In this document: one piece after another, positions 55,389-64,000 of the stretch
Position numbering within the stretch: the first letter of the stretch is position 1
Layout of the letters: the number at the start of each line of letters is the position of its first letter
Assembly (NCBI GenBank): GCA_001603905.1
Contig: LVAE01000102.1
Span: 11,365 to 75,364 of the forward strand
DNA length: 64,000 bases
Origin: Fibrobacterales bacterium Fibro_02
Lineage (GTDB): Bacteria; Fibrobacterota; Fibrobacteria; Fibrobacterales; Fibrobacteraceae
Direction of reading: 5' to 3'
Program-made: the position numbers and the translations under genes
The notes under the pieces: model-generated
The model's database searches: none
What the model saw: only the letters and a program-made list of their open reading frames with translations
What the model was told of the DNA's origin: nothing

Positions 55389-56012
55389 ATGTCCGCTAAT
55401 CCCATAATCGTCGTCGACTATAACGCCGGTAATTTGACTTCGGTGATGAACGCACTTGCGCATATCGGTGCAGACGCCAAGTCCAGCCGCGATCCCGACG
55501 TGATTGCAAAGGCGACCCGCCTTATTTTCCCGGGCGTGGGTGCGGCGGCATCGGCCATGGAAACCTTGACGAAAACCGGAATCGGCGATGCCATCAAGAC
55601 GGTGGTGAAATCCGGTAACCCGGTGCTCGGCATTTGCATCGGTTGTCAGATTATTCTTGAAGAAAGCGAAGAGGATGGCGGCGTCAAGACGCTTGGCCTC
55701 ATTCCGGGCAAGGCGGTGCGTTTCAAGGACGAACCGGGACTCAAGATACCGCACATGGGATGGAACCAGGTGAACTTCACGCGTGAACATCCGATTATGA
55801 AGGGTATCAAGAGCGGTAGCGATTTCTACTATGTTCATTCGTACCACCCGGTGGTGCCTGCGGAATATGCTTTTGCCGAAACGACCTACGGTACGCAAAC
55901 GTTCCAGGGGATTGTCGGCAAGGACAACCTGATAGCCACTCAGTTCCATCAGGAAAAGAGCGGCGACGTGGGTCTTGCCATGCTCAAGAATTTCTGCGAC
56001 TGGAAAGTCTAG
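55389..56012 (+). CDS. hisH: Imidazole glycerol phosphate synthase glutaminase subunit
   Basis: DYNAGNL, FPGVG, LGICIG, PHMGWN, YYVHSY and QFHQEKS motifs. Confidence 0.95.
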   Translation: MSANPIIVVDYNAGNLTSVMNALAHIGADAKSSRDPDVIAKATRLIFPGVGAAASAMETLTKTGIGDAIKTVVKSGNPVLGICIGCQIILEESEEDGGVKTLGLIPGKAVRFKDEPGLKIPHMGWNQVNFTREHPIMKGIKSGSDFYYVHSYHPVVPAEYAFAETTYGTQTFQGIVGKDNLIATQFHQEKSGDVGLAMLKNFCDWKV

Positions 56013-56118
56013 CGCGAACGGTCGTTTGTGAGCAAGAAACGGCCCGTATCAACGGGCCGTGTTTGCGAGAGTGAGCGCATCGAGGATGAATACGCTTGTT
56101 TGGGCGCGAACGGTCGTT
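56012..56118. repeat. 15-bp direct repeats flanking a hairpin (bidirectional terminator region)
   Basis: gcgcgaacggtcgtt at 56012-56026 and 56104-56118; internal acggcccgt-atca-acgggccgt hairpin. Confidence 0.6.
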
Positions 56119-56123
56119 AAATC

Positions 56124-56849
56124 TTACGGTAGTTCGCCGCCAATCAGTTCCATCTGCTTCTTATAGATGTCCTTGCAGGCGTTTTCGCCGAGGTCAAGCA
56201 GCGTGTTCAACATGTTGCGGTCGAAGCTTGCGTGTTCGCCAGTGCCCTGCACCTCGATGAAATTCTTTGCGTCTTGCATCACCACGTTCATATCCACGTC
56301 GGCGGCGGAATCTTCTACGTAGCACAGGTCGCAGAGGGGTTTGCCACTTACGACACCGACGGAAATCGCGGTAATGCCGTGTCGTAAAATCTGTTGCGTA
56401 ATGCCGAGGCGCGCCTTGATTTTCCTGAGTGCGATCGCAAGGGCGACGAAGCCGCCGATAATGCTTGCGGTACGCGTGCCGCCGTCGGCTTCGATCACGT
56501 CGCAGTCGACCACGATGGCATTTTCACCGAGGGCTGCCAGGTCGGCTGCGCCGCGCAGCGAGCGGCCTACCAGTCGCTGGATTTCTTGAGTGCGGCCGCT
56601 CGCGCCCTTGCGCTCGCGTTCCACACGTTTGCCTGTGCTCTGCGGCAAGAGGCTGTATTCAGCGGTAATCCAGCCGGTGCCCTTTCCGGCGAGCCAGTCG
56701 GGAACCTTCGGCAAAAGGGTTGCATTACAGATGACGCGGGTGCGTCCCATTTCGATCAGGACGGAACCATCGGCGCTAGAGATAAAGCCCGTGGTCATCT
56801 TCAGGTTGCGGTATTCGTTAAACTTTCGGTCGGTACGTTCGTATGCCAT
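56124..56849 (-). CDS. rph: Ribonuclease PH
   Basis: GSVLIEMGRTRVIC, GWITAEY, GRTQEIQRLVGRSLR, ADGGTRTAS and IEVQGTGE motifs. Confidence 0.96.
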   Translation of the reverse strand: MAYERTDRKFNEYRNLKMTTGFISSADGSVLIEMGRTRVICNATLLPKVPDWLAGKGTGWITAEYSLLPQSTGKRVERERKGASGRTQEIQRLVGRSLRGAADLAALGENAIVVDCDVIEADGGTRTASIIGGFVALAIALRKIKARLGITQQILRHGITAISVGVVSGKPLCDLCYVEDSAADVDMNVVMQDAKNFIEVQGTGEHASFDRNMLNTLLDLGENACKDIYKKQMELIGGELP

Positions 56850-56858
56850 AAAAACCTC

Positions 56859-57710
56859 TTAGTATTTAAGTGTCTCGACGACGCCTTTCTTGAACGTTCC
56901 CAGAATGTACATCTGGCTCGTGTAGTTCTTGAGTTCGGCGAGGGCGGCCTGGGCGCGTTCCTCGTTCACGTTAGCCTCGAAGGAGACATGGAAAATGTAT
57001 TCCCACGGCTTGTCGGGGTGTGGCCTGCTTTCGCAGCGGGTCAGGTTGATGCCGCGCTTTGCAAAGCAACCGAGGGCGTTGTAAAGAGCGCCTACTGCGT
57101 GGTCGTCGGCAAGTTCGAAAAGCATGGTTGTCTTGGCGCCTTCGATTCCGTCGAAGGTTGCTGGCGATTTCTGGATTCCGTAGAAACGTGTGAAGTTCGT
57201 TCCCTTCAGGTTTTCAAGCCCTGCCCTTAAAATGTCTAGATTGTAGATCTTGGCGGCGTAGGCGCTCGCGATAGCCCCTTCGTCCAATGCCTTGCGCTCG
57301 GCGAGTTCCTCGGCGGAACCTGCGGTATCAAAAGCGGGAACGGCCTTGATCTGCGGATTTTCTGCAAAGAACCTGGAACACTGGGCAAGTGCCTGCGGGT
57401 GACTGTAGACCCGCTTGAGGTCGGTAAGCTTAACGCCCGGCATGACGCACAGGGTGTGCTCTATGCGCAGCATGACTTCGCCCACGATGCGGTGACGCCA
57501 CTTGTAAAGCAAGTCGTAGTTCGCCTCGATGGATCCTGCAGTCGAATTCTCGATGGGGATAGCTCCGCCGTCAGCTTCGCCGGTTTCTATCGCCTGGTAG
57601 ATTTCCTCGAAAGTGTCCATCGGGAGCGTTTCGATATCTTCGCCGAACAGATAATGTGCGGCACAGTCGCTGTAGGCACCCTTGCGACCCTGGAATGCAA
57701 TTTTCTTCAT
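56859..57710 (-). CDS. pheA: Prephenate dehydratase with ACT domain
   Basis: AFQGRKGAYS, PIENSTAG, SHPQALAQC, NFTRF and NLTRCESRP motifs; start at ATG 57710. Confidence 0.93.
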   Translation of the reverse strand: MKKIAFQGRKGAYSDCAAHYLFGEDIETLPMDTFEEIYQAIETGEADGGAIPIENSTAGSIEANYDLLYKWRHRIVGEVMLRIEHTLCVMPGVKLTDLKRVYSHPQALAQCSRFFAENPQIKAVPAFDTAGSAEELAERKALDEGAIASAYAAKIYNLDILRAGLENLKGTNFTRFYGIQKSPATFDGIEGAKTTMLFELADDHAVGALYNALGCFAKRGINLTRCESRPHPDKPWEYIFHVSFEANVNEERAQAALAELKNYTSQMYILGTFKKGVVETLKY

Positions 57711-57731
57711 GCTTAGAAAGATAGTAAATGG

Positions 57732-57795
57732 TGTGTAGTGTGTGATGTGAGATGTGTGATTACTCATTTCACATTACACATTAGTCATTTGTCAT
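57732..57795. repeat. Two opposed arrays of degenerate heptamer repeats
   Basis: tgtgtag-tgtgtga-tgtgaga-tgtgtga, then tcatttc-acattac-acattag-tcatttg-tcat. Confidence 0.6.
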
Positions 57796-58476
57796 TTACC
57801 TGAACCTTCTTGCGCCTTGGTACTTGGGACTCCAGTACTTGTCGTGCATCGGTGAAATCATCACGCCCTTGCTTGTGCTCGCGTGAATGAACCGGTCTCC
57901 TGACAGATACATTCCCACGTGGTCGATTTTCCAGAGACTTCCGAAAAAGACCAGGTCGCCTTCTTTGAGGCTTCCGCGGCTCACGGATTTTCCGCGGCTA
58001 TCCTTGTACATCTTGGAGGCGCTGTGGTCAAGAGAAATGCCGTAGTAACCCTTGTAGACCTGCATCACGTAACCGGAACAGTCCGTTTTGGTCTTGGTGG
58101 CCATGGCATAGCCGTATTTTGCCCCAAGCCATTGACGGGCGTAGTTTTCAAAACTTCCGCGGGGAGTAGACTTGGCTGCCGCCTTGGCGGTTTCCTTCTT
58201 GTTGATGGCGGCACGAGCCTTTTCGGCGGAGTTCTGGGGCTTTTTAGCAGAATCCGGAACGGCTGAGGTCGATTTTTGCGATGTCGGAGGCTCTTGCGTC
58301 GCGGTTTCGGATGGCTTGCTTGCTGCTTGTGCCGTTGCGGTTTCGCTTGCGGGGACGGGCTTGTAATCGCCGATATTGCGATCGTACCCCGTGCGTACCG
58401 GGAACGAACAGCAGACAAGGCCCATGCAAAGTGGGACCAGTACCAACCCGGTAAATTTGGACAGCGAACGCATCAA
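57796..58476 (-). CDS. NlpC/P60 (C40) peptidoglycan peptidase lipoprotein
   Basis: Lipobox-like LVC-C, DCSGYV, GDLVFF, HVGMY and FIHAS motifs. Confidence 0.92.
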   Translation of the reverse strand: MMRSLSKFTGLVLVPLCMGLVCCSFPVRTGYDRNIGDYKPVPASETATAQAASKPSETATQEPPTSQKSTSAVPDSAKKPQNSAEKARAAINKKETAKAAAKSTPRGSFENYARQWLGAKYGYAMATKTKTDCSGYVMQVYKGYYGISLDHSASKMYKDSRGKSVSRGSLKEGDLVFFGSLWKIDHVGMYLSGDRFIHASTSKGVMISPMHDKYWSPKYQGARRFR

Positions 58477-58612
58477 GGAAAATGTAATTAAAAGAGAAAG
58501 CCTGGAAATGTGAATCTCTACACTTTTTTATCTAAACGTAAAAATAAATTGTCTTTTCTGTTTTTTAGAGGTTATATTTCAAAAAGCAAACCATCATACT
58601 AAGGAGAAAATT

Positions 58613-59932
58613 ATGAAAATCAAACACTTGCTCGCGTTTGCCAGCTGTTGCGCCGCTTTTGGCCTGGTTGCCTGTGGCGACGATTCTAGCTCAAATACAT
58701 CAGGTTCTATGGATGACGGTGTGGAACACTTCACTGTCATCTCCCTTGATGAACAGAACCAGACGATTGTCACCTTTGAAGAAAGGAAGAAAGATTACTG
58801 CGTTGTCGATCCTTTGACAGAAACTGCGTCCTGGAAGACTGTAGATAGGGGAAACGACACCACGACCGTTAAGTACGAATTTATCACTATACCCGAAAGT
58901 GAATTGTCGTATATCAGGGACAGCCTGAATATTTCGGTAAATGGAAATACGGCGGTAAATGTTAAAAAAGTGCACACTTATACAGAATATGGCACGGAAT
59001 ATAAGCAAGAGTCTTCTCTTGGATACTTTGTAGGCGGAAGTCCTTCGTCCATCAAGGGAACCTGGGTGTCCATTCCTTGCAGTGATTATGGTGACGGATT
59101 GGAATGTTACATAAGTCGTAATGAAGGTTGGCATCAGTTGTCCTTGAATTTGTCTGACAAATCGATTACTTTGACTGAAAAGTACATCCCAGGAAAATAC
59201 GATGAGGAGTATGATTACGATTATGACTACGATTATGACTACGATGATTATGACTACTATACGGACGATGTGACCAAGTCGGGACTGATGTATTCCGTGC
59301 TGAAGGTCTTGAGCGGAATGCGGGATTATATTTATTCGGATAAACAGTTGGTGGAAAATTATTCCGAGGATATCGAAGAATTGCAGGCTGAACTTGGCGT
59401 CGTTGTGAAGTCGAAGTCTAAAAATGCAGAAACATTTGTCCTGAACGACAAGACCTATAACTTGAGTGCAAGCAAGATGGTGATTGATCTTGATTATATG
59501 GACCATTTCGATATGAATGTGACGATTTCTGCTGATGGGAAAAGCTGTAATTTCTATCAGGAATATGTTGACGAAGTGGATCGCTCTACTTGTAAGGCTG
59601 ACCTGAAGGATTACATGTATGGAACTAACAACATTTATGACATCAATGACGTGACGGTCGCTAAAGCCGTAAGTTATTATCACAGGGACAATTCGCTTGA
59701 ATTTGAAACCTGCCTAATGGGCTTTATTGGAGAAAATCGCGTCGAACCTGATTACGATGATGACGATTGGCTTGATGATGAAGATGACTGGCTGACAGAT
59801 GACGAATCAGACTACGGTGATGAAGGTTCGTTTGTTCTGTACAAGAAATCCTCTAGCAACAAGCCGTCTGCGAAGCAGTTCTGGAGAGACTACAACCATA
59901 ATATGAAGGAACTTCGCAAGATCTTCCAGTAA
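58613..59932 (+). CDS. Acidic lipoprotein with Tyr-Asp dipeptide tract
   Basis: aaggag RBS, lipobox LVA-C, (YD)n at ~59200-59260, Asp-rich segment near the C-terminus; visibly more AT-rich than its neighbours. Confidence 0.8.
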   Translation: MKIKHLLAFASCCAAFGLVACGDDSSSNTSGSMDDGVEHFTVISLDEQNQTIVTFEERKKDYCVVDPLTETASWKTVDRGNDTTTVKYEFITIPESELSYIRDSLNISVNGNTAVNVKKVHTYTEYGTEYKQESSLGYFVGGSPSSIKGTWVSIPCSDYGDGLECYISRNEGWHQLSLNLSDKSITLTEKYIPGKYDEEYDYDYDYDYDYDDYDYYTDDVTKSGLMYSVLKVLSGMRDYIYSDKQLVENYSEDIEELQAELGVVVKSKSKNAETFVLNDKTYNLSASKMVIDLDYMDHFDMNVTISADGKSCNFYQEYVDEVDRSTCKADLKDYMYGTNNIYDINDVTVAKAVSYYHRDNSLEFETCLMGFIGENRVEPDYDDDDWLDDEDDWLTDDESDYGDEGSFVLYKKSSSNKPSAKQFWRDYNHNMKELRKIFQ

Positions 59933-59954
59933 TTTAATATAAAGTAACTTGAAT

Positions 59955-59986
59955 GAGCTCCGGAGTAATCGCTCTGGGGCTTTTTC
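59955..59986. terminator. Terminator between convergent genes
   Basis: gagctccggag...ctctggggct followed by tttt. Confidence 0.6.
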
Positions 59987-61659
59987 TATGGAGCCTTGTT
60001 CTGGAAAAGATTGTTGTATTCAATAGAACCGGAAAGCTCGCGCAACAGGTGAACCAGCTTGCGTTCTTTCATGGTTTCGGCGAGAGTCTTTTCTTCGGAA
60101 AGGAGGCTTGCTCCGAAGCCAAGTCTGTGTCCTTCGATATTGAAACCCATCGTTTCAAGGACGGTTGGCGCGGAATCAAAGGACGTGTAACGGCGAGAGG
60201 TTTTTTCCGAGGTGTTCTTCGGATTGATATAGATGTTAATAAATCGGCGGTCTGAATGTTTCAGAACCATAAACGGGGACTTGGTCATGAACAGATGGTC
60301 CCCTGCAATGACGATTTCGGTATTGTTGCCGAATGGCTTTCTCTGAATCCACTTGACGAATTCTCCGATTCTTTTGGAGGTGCAGCCAAGTACTGCTGCG
60401 TAATAGGCCCCTTCCGAAGAATTGGCCGGTTTTATCTTGCATCGCTTGTCCAGAAAGCCTCTGGGAAAGTGGGAGTCGATTGTCGTGACGGTCATCGAGA
60501 ATGGAGCGTTTCCGAGGGTGTCCAAAATACTCTTGGCGTAATCGAATACATCGGCGTCGGCTACGCCTGGGCCGCTGCGGCGGTAGGTTTCTCCTTTGGC
60601 TTCAAGCATTTTTTCGATGTCGTCTTTATCGTAGAGTTCGTCCATGCCGTGTGCAAGGAAAAAGGGACCCGTGGCACCGAATCTTGCAGGCGTGCCCTGG
60701 ACATAGTAGTTTCGGTATCCGAATTGGTGCAGGATGTCGTATATTCCGGGGAGGCTGTCAAAGAATGATTCGCCAGTCTTTCCGAAATTGTTCATGACGG
60801 ATGATCCGCAAAGGAGCGGCATGCCTGTCGTTTTCGATACCATCGATGAAATTGTCGTCGCGGCTCCGATAATGTTCTTTCCGCCTCCGTAGGGGAGCTT
60901 GTCTGAAAATACAAGACCTTGTTCGTACAGTTGGCGGATTTCGGGAGCGGACTTGAGAAATGAATTTTCAAGGGATTCTACATAGATAAAGACGAGGTTG
61001 CGCGTCGTGTCGCTGGCGGAGACCATTTCGGGTGTGTAATGGACGAAATTCTCCTTGTAAAATTTGGAATGGTAGGGCTCCGAGGGAGCGCTGAAGATGT
61101 AGTCGATGTACTGTTGCCTTGCCCTAGGAGAGATGGCGTTCCAGAAGGGGGCTGAACCGAAGATGAATATGGCGATGAATGCGACTGCAAAAATGATCTT
61201 GCGAAATTTCAGGTTCTGGTACAGGTCGCAGATAGGCCAAAGCAGGGAAAGCGACAGAATAAGTGTGTAGAAGCCGATTCTGCTGAAAAAGTCCTGGACG
61301 AAAACCGATACAAAACCTTCGACCGGCATCTGCAAGGTCATGATGGTCAGATCGGGATTCTGGACGGGGAAAGTCTTTTTCGCCCAGACAAATGCGGTGG
61401 GGAGTGTCAGGAGGAGGAATAGATAGAGCCAGAGAAGTGCGACCTGGAGTGAAAACTTTTGGGAGAACCTTTCGTATTTCTTTTTGTGGAGGTAGAATCG
61501 TAAGGCGGTGTAGAGAATGGCCGCGACGATAAAGTCTATTACGGAGCAGTCGAAACGGATTTGCTTGACAAAACCGATAGCGAAAGCGAACATGACGACA
61601 TACAGGATGTCAAAAAAAAGGATAAGGAATTTCTTCAAGAGGCGGACCATGTGGTGCAA
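59986..61659 (-). CDS. LTA synthase/OpgB-like phosphoglycerol transferase (sulfatase superfamily)
   Basis: About 5 N-terminal TM helices, NLVFIYVESLE, TIDSHFP, IAGDHL, FDSAPTVLE and LGFGASLL motifs. Confidence 0.85.
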   Translation of the reverse strand: MHHMVRLLKKFLILFFDILYVVMFAFAIGFVKQIRFDCSVIDFIVAAILYTALRFYLHKKKYERFSQKFSLQVALLWLYLFLLLTLPTAFVWAKKTFPVQNPDLTIMTLQMPVEGFVSVFVQDFFSRIGFYTLILSLSLLWPICDLYQNLKFRKIIFAVAFIAIFIFGSAPFWNAISPRARQQYIDYIFSAPSEPYHSKFYKENFVHYTPEMVSASDTTRNLVFIYVESLENSFLKSAPEIRQLYEQGLVFSDKLPYGGGKNIIGAATTISSMVSKTTGMPLLCGSSVMNNFGKTGESFFDSLPGIYDILHQFGYRNYYVQGTPARFGATGPFFLAHGMDELYDKDDIEKMLEAKGETYRRSGPGVADADVFDYAKSILDTLGNAPFSMTVTTIDSHFPRGFLDKRCKIKPANSSEGAYYAAVLGCTSKRIGEFVKWIQRKPFGNNTEIVIAGDHLFMTKSPFMVLKHSDRRFINIYINPKNTSEKTSRRYTSFDSAPTVLETMGFNIEGHRLGFGASLLSEEKTLAETMKERKLVHLLRELSGSIEYNNLFQNKAP

Positions 61660-61749
61660 TTTAGCTTTTCGTGCGTTTTTAGGTGGTACAAATCAAGGAT
61701 AAATAGGAGCGAGTCCGCCCTTATGTGATGTAATAGTTATCTTTATCGT

Positions 61750-62505
61750 ATGAACATGATCAAGAAATCCTTAATTGCGATTGCCCTTTGCGGTGCAGCC
61801 CTTTGCAGTTTTGCTGCCGATGTCAAACCCTATGTGGAAGCGGATGCTCTCCCGAATGCGCTGAATTTTTATCCGGCGCCTCCCGATACGATGTCGCCGC
61901 AGTTTATGTACGATATGTCGCAGTACATATGGGGCAAGAAGATGCGCCAGGATTCTGCTCGTGCGGCGTTGGCCGTGGCCCAGACGGTGGAAACTGTTGC
62001 CGAGATGGCCAAGTTGTTCAGCGAACCTTTCGGCATGGAAATCTCTGCACAAAAGACTCCTGCCATTATGAATCTGCTTGAACGCGGGGTCAGGACTCTT
62101 AAGCAACCGGGTAGCTATCCTAAAAGATTTTACAACAGGCGTCGCCCCTACGACCGCTTTAATGAGCCGACACTTATGCCCTCTGACGAAGAAAGGTTGA
62201 GAACAAATGGTTCTTATCCGTCGGGACATACCATTCGTGCGTGGGCGATGGCGTTGCTGCTTTGTGAAGTGAACCCGTCTGCCCAGGATGCCCTGCTGAA
62301 GTACGCCTACGAATGGGGGCAGAGCCGCGTGATTGCGGGGTTCCACTGGCAAAGCGACGTGGACGCCTCCAAGGTGATAGTCTCGGGCGCCTACCCGAGC
62401 TTGCATACAAACGAAGCCTTTATGGCCGATATGCGCAAGGCCCAGGCAGAATTCAAGAAGCTGAAGGCTGCAGGGAAAAAGAAAACTGAAGGGACGAAAA
62501 AATGA
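61750..62505 (+). CDS. Class A non-specific acid phosphatase (PAP2, PhoN/PhoC-like)
   Basis: Signal peptide; KRFYNRRRP, SYPSGH and SRVIAGFHWQSDV motifs. Confidence 0.92.
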   Translation: MNMIKKSLIAIALCGAALCSFAADVKPYVEADALPNALNFYPAPPDTMSPQFMYDMSQYIWGKKMRQDSARAALAVAQTVETVAEMAKLFSEPFGMEISAQKTPAIMNLLERGVRTLKQPGSYPKRFYNRRRPYDRFNEPTLMPSDEERLRTNGSYPSGHTIRAWAMALLLCEVNPSAQDALLKYAYEWGQSRVIAGFHWQSDVDASKVIVSGAYPSLHTNEAFMADMRKAQAEFKKLKAAGKKKTEGTKK

Positions 62506-63827
62506 CGAGAATGAATCCTGCGCTATGGGCAATTTCGTTTGCTGGGCTTTGGGCTCTTTCTGCCTGCAGCGATGGTGATTCGTCTAGTAGTGCGTCCAAT
62601 AGTTCTTCTGCCGAAAAACAGTGTATCGCCAATTTTGACTGCGGCGACTATACGCTGGAAGGTGTTGTTGTCTTGAGCCGCCACAACATTCGTGCTCCGC
62701 TTTCTGACAGCAAGTCGACCATCGGTCAGCTTACGCCTCATGAGTGGTACGCCTGGCCCGTAAAGCCCAAGAGCCTCTCGCCGCACGGGGAACTCCTCGA
62801 AGAAAAAATGGGCGCCTATTTCCGCGAGTGGATTTCGCAAAACGGTCTGAAGGCCGCCCTTGAAAATCAGGGCGACGCCGTGCGCATCTACGCCAACTCG
62901 ATGCAGCGAACCATCGCGACCGCGACGCATTTTGCGGCGGGCATGTTCCCGAAAGCGAATGTGGAAATTGAACATCACTGCGAAGTGGATGTCATGGATT
63001 CCATTTTTACGCCGCAGTTTACGTTCCTGAACGATGACTACAAAAAACGCGCCTTGAAACAAGTCGAAGATATGTTTGGCGATGGCTCGCTTGCGGGAAT
63101 CGGCCGGAAACTGACTGAAAATTACGCCTTGCTCGGCTCCGTCTTGGATATGGAAGAAAGCGTCAGCTGCAAGGAAAAGCAATTCTGCGAATTCGATACC
63201 GACGATACAGAATTTATCATGGAAGTCGGCCGTGAACCGAGCGTGAAAGGTTCGCTCACAACGGCGACGGGTGCTGCGGATGCGCTCGTGCTGCAGTACT
63301 ACGAAAATGCTGAAGAAAATGCCGATTTCGGGCATAACCTGACTGTCGCGGAATGGGAAAAAGTCTCTGCAGTCAAGGACTTTTATGGCGATGTGCTGTT
63401 TACCGCACCCTTGGTTGCTGTGAATGTCGCGCGTCCGCTTCTGAAAGAAATCTTGAGTGAGCTGAATGCCAAGGGGAGACTGTTCTCATTCCTGTGCGGG
63501 CATGATTCCAATGTCGGTAGCGTCTTGGCCGCTCTCGGTGTGAGCGACTATACGCTTCCCAAGACGATTGAATCCAAGACCCCGATTGGAGTGAAACTGG
63601 TCATTGAAAAATGGCGCGGCAAGGATGGTGTCGAATACGCCAATATGAGTTTGGTATATCAAACGACGGAACAGCTGCGCAACATGACGACCCTTTCTCT
63701 CGAAACTCCGCCGGAATCGTACAAATTAACATTTGATGGCTTGTCCGCAAACAAGGACGGTCTCTACAAAATGACGGATGTCGAAAGTCTCTTCGAAAAA
63801 GTAATCGCGAAGTACGATGAATTGTAG
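62502..63827 (+). CDS. Histidine acid phosphatase (Agp/AppA-like glucose-1-phosphatase/phytase), lipoprotein
   Basis: Lipobox LSA-C; LSRHNIRAP, YANSMQRTIATA, GHDSN and TPIG motifs. Confidence 0.9.
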   Translation: MTRMNPALWAISFAGLWALSACSDGDSSSSASNSSSAEKQCIANFDCGDYTLEGVVVLSRHNIRAPLSDSKSTIGQLTPHEWYAWPVKPKSLSPHGELLEEKMGAYFREWISQNGLKAALENQGDAVRIYANSMQRTIATATHFAAGMFPKANVEIEHHCEVDVMDSIFTPQFTFLNDDYKKRALKQVEDMFGDGSLAGIGRKLTENYALLGSVLDMEESVSCKEKQFCEFDTDDTEFIMEVGREPSVKGSLTTATGAADALVLQYYENAEENADFGHNLTVAEWEKVSAVKDFYGDVLFTAPLVAVNVARPLLKEILSELNAKGRLFSFLCGHDSNVGSVLAALGVSDYTLPKTIESKTPIGVKLVIEKWRGKDGVEYANMSLVYQTTEQLRNMTTLSLETPPESYKLTFDGLSANKDGLYKMTDVESLFEKVIAKYDEL

Positions 63828-64000
63828 TGGATGTCGAATGAATAAGAAAAACGCAGGCTCGATTGAGTCTGCGTTTTAAGTTTATCGAGTGTTGCCCTGG
63901 AGTAGCCCGCAGGGTGAATGATCGGTGCCACGAGCTTGCAATTTGCATTGTAAAAGAAATTTTGCTTAAATATGTGGCTTTTTGAGGGGGTAAAAGCCTA

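Noticed and set aside
63828-64000. Possible riboswitch or leader at the window end
   Set aside because: No recognisable aptamer consensus, and the downstream gene is outside the window

Overview
Gene-dense bacterial chromosomal window, very likely from Fibrobacter. This is inferred from two TIGR02147-family genes, many Ser-linker lipoproteins and secreted enzymes, and giant GH9 enzymes. No prophage, IS transposase, CRISPR array or rRNA is visible. From left to right it holds: a DASS transporter, tRNA-Val(GAC), an Sfp-type PPTase, and a 1769-aa repeat lipoprotein divergent from prepilin peptidase. Next come two TIGR02147 genes, each divergent from a secreted hydrolase (M6 protease, PL1 lyase), then a rhomboid-like/TPR protein, an epimerase, RluE and fumarase. 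A ~19.5 kb tightly packed run follows: two ~2000-aa GH9 enzymes, a histidine kinase, a receiver protein, an atypical NtrC-type regulator, dnaB and mlaEF. After it lie an uncharacterised six-gene envelope cluster (3 lipoproteins, 2 PEGA-type proteins, 1 barrel-like protein), housekeeping genes (xseB, hisH, rph, pheA) and a phosphatase/sulfatase cluster. The most notable observations are cryptic CBM3-like modules in both GH9s, an in-frame G11 tract in the second GH9, and the GSYTGS/D-to-E regulator coupled to the GH9 genes. Also notable are the TIGR02147 divergon layout with a direct-repeat operator candidate, the envelope cluster, and a strongly structured intergenic element at ~1.5 kb. All calls are by eye from motifs; no database searches were run.
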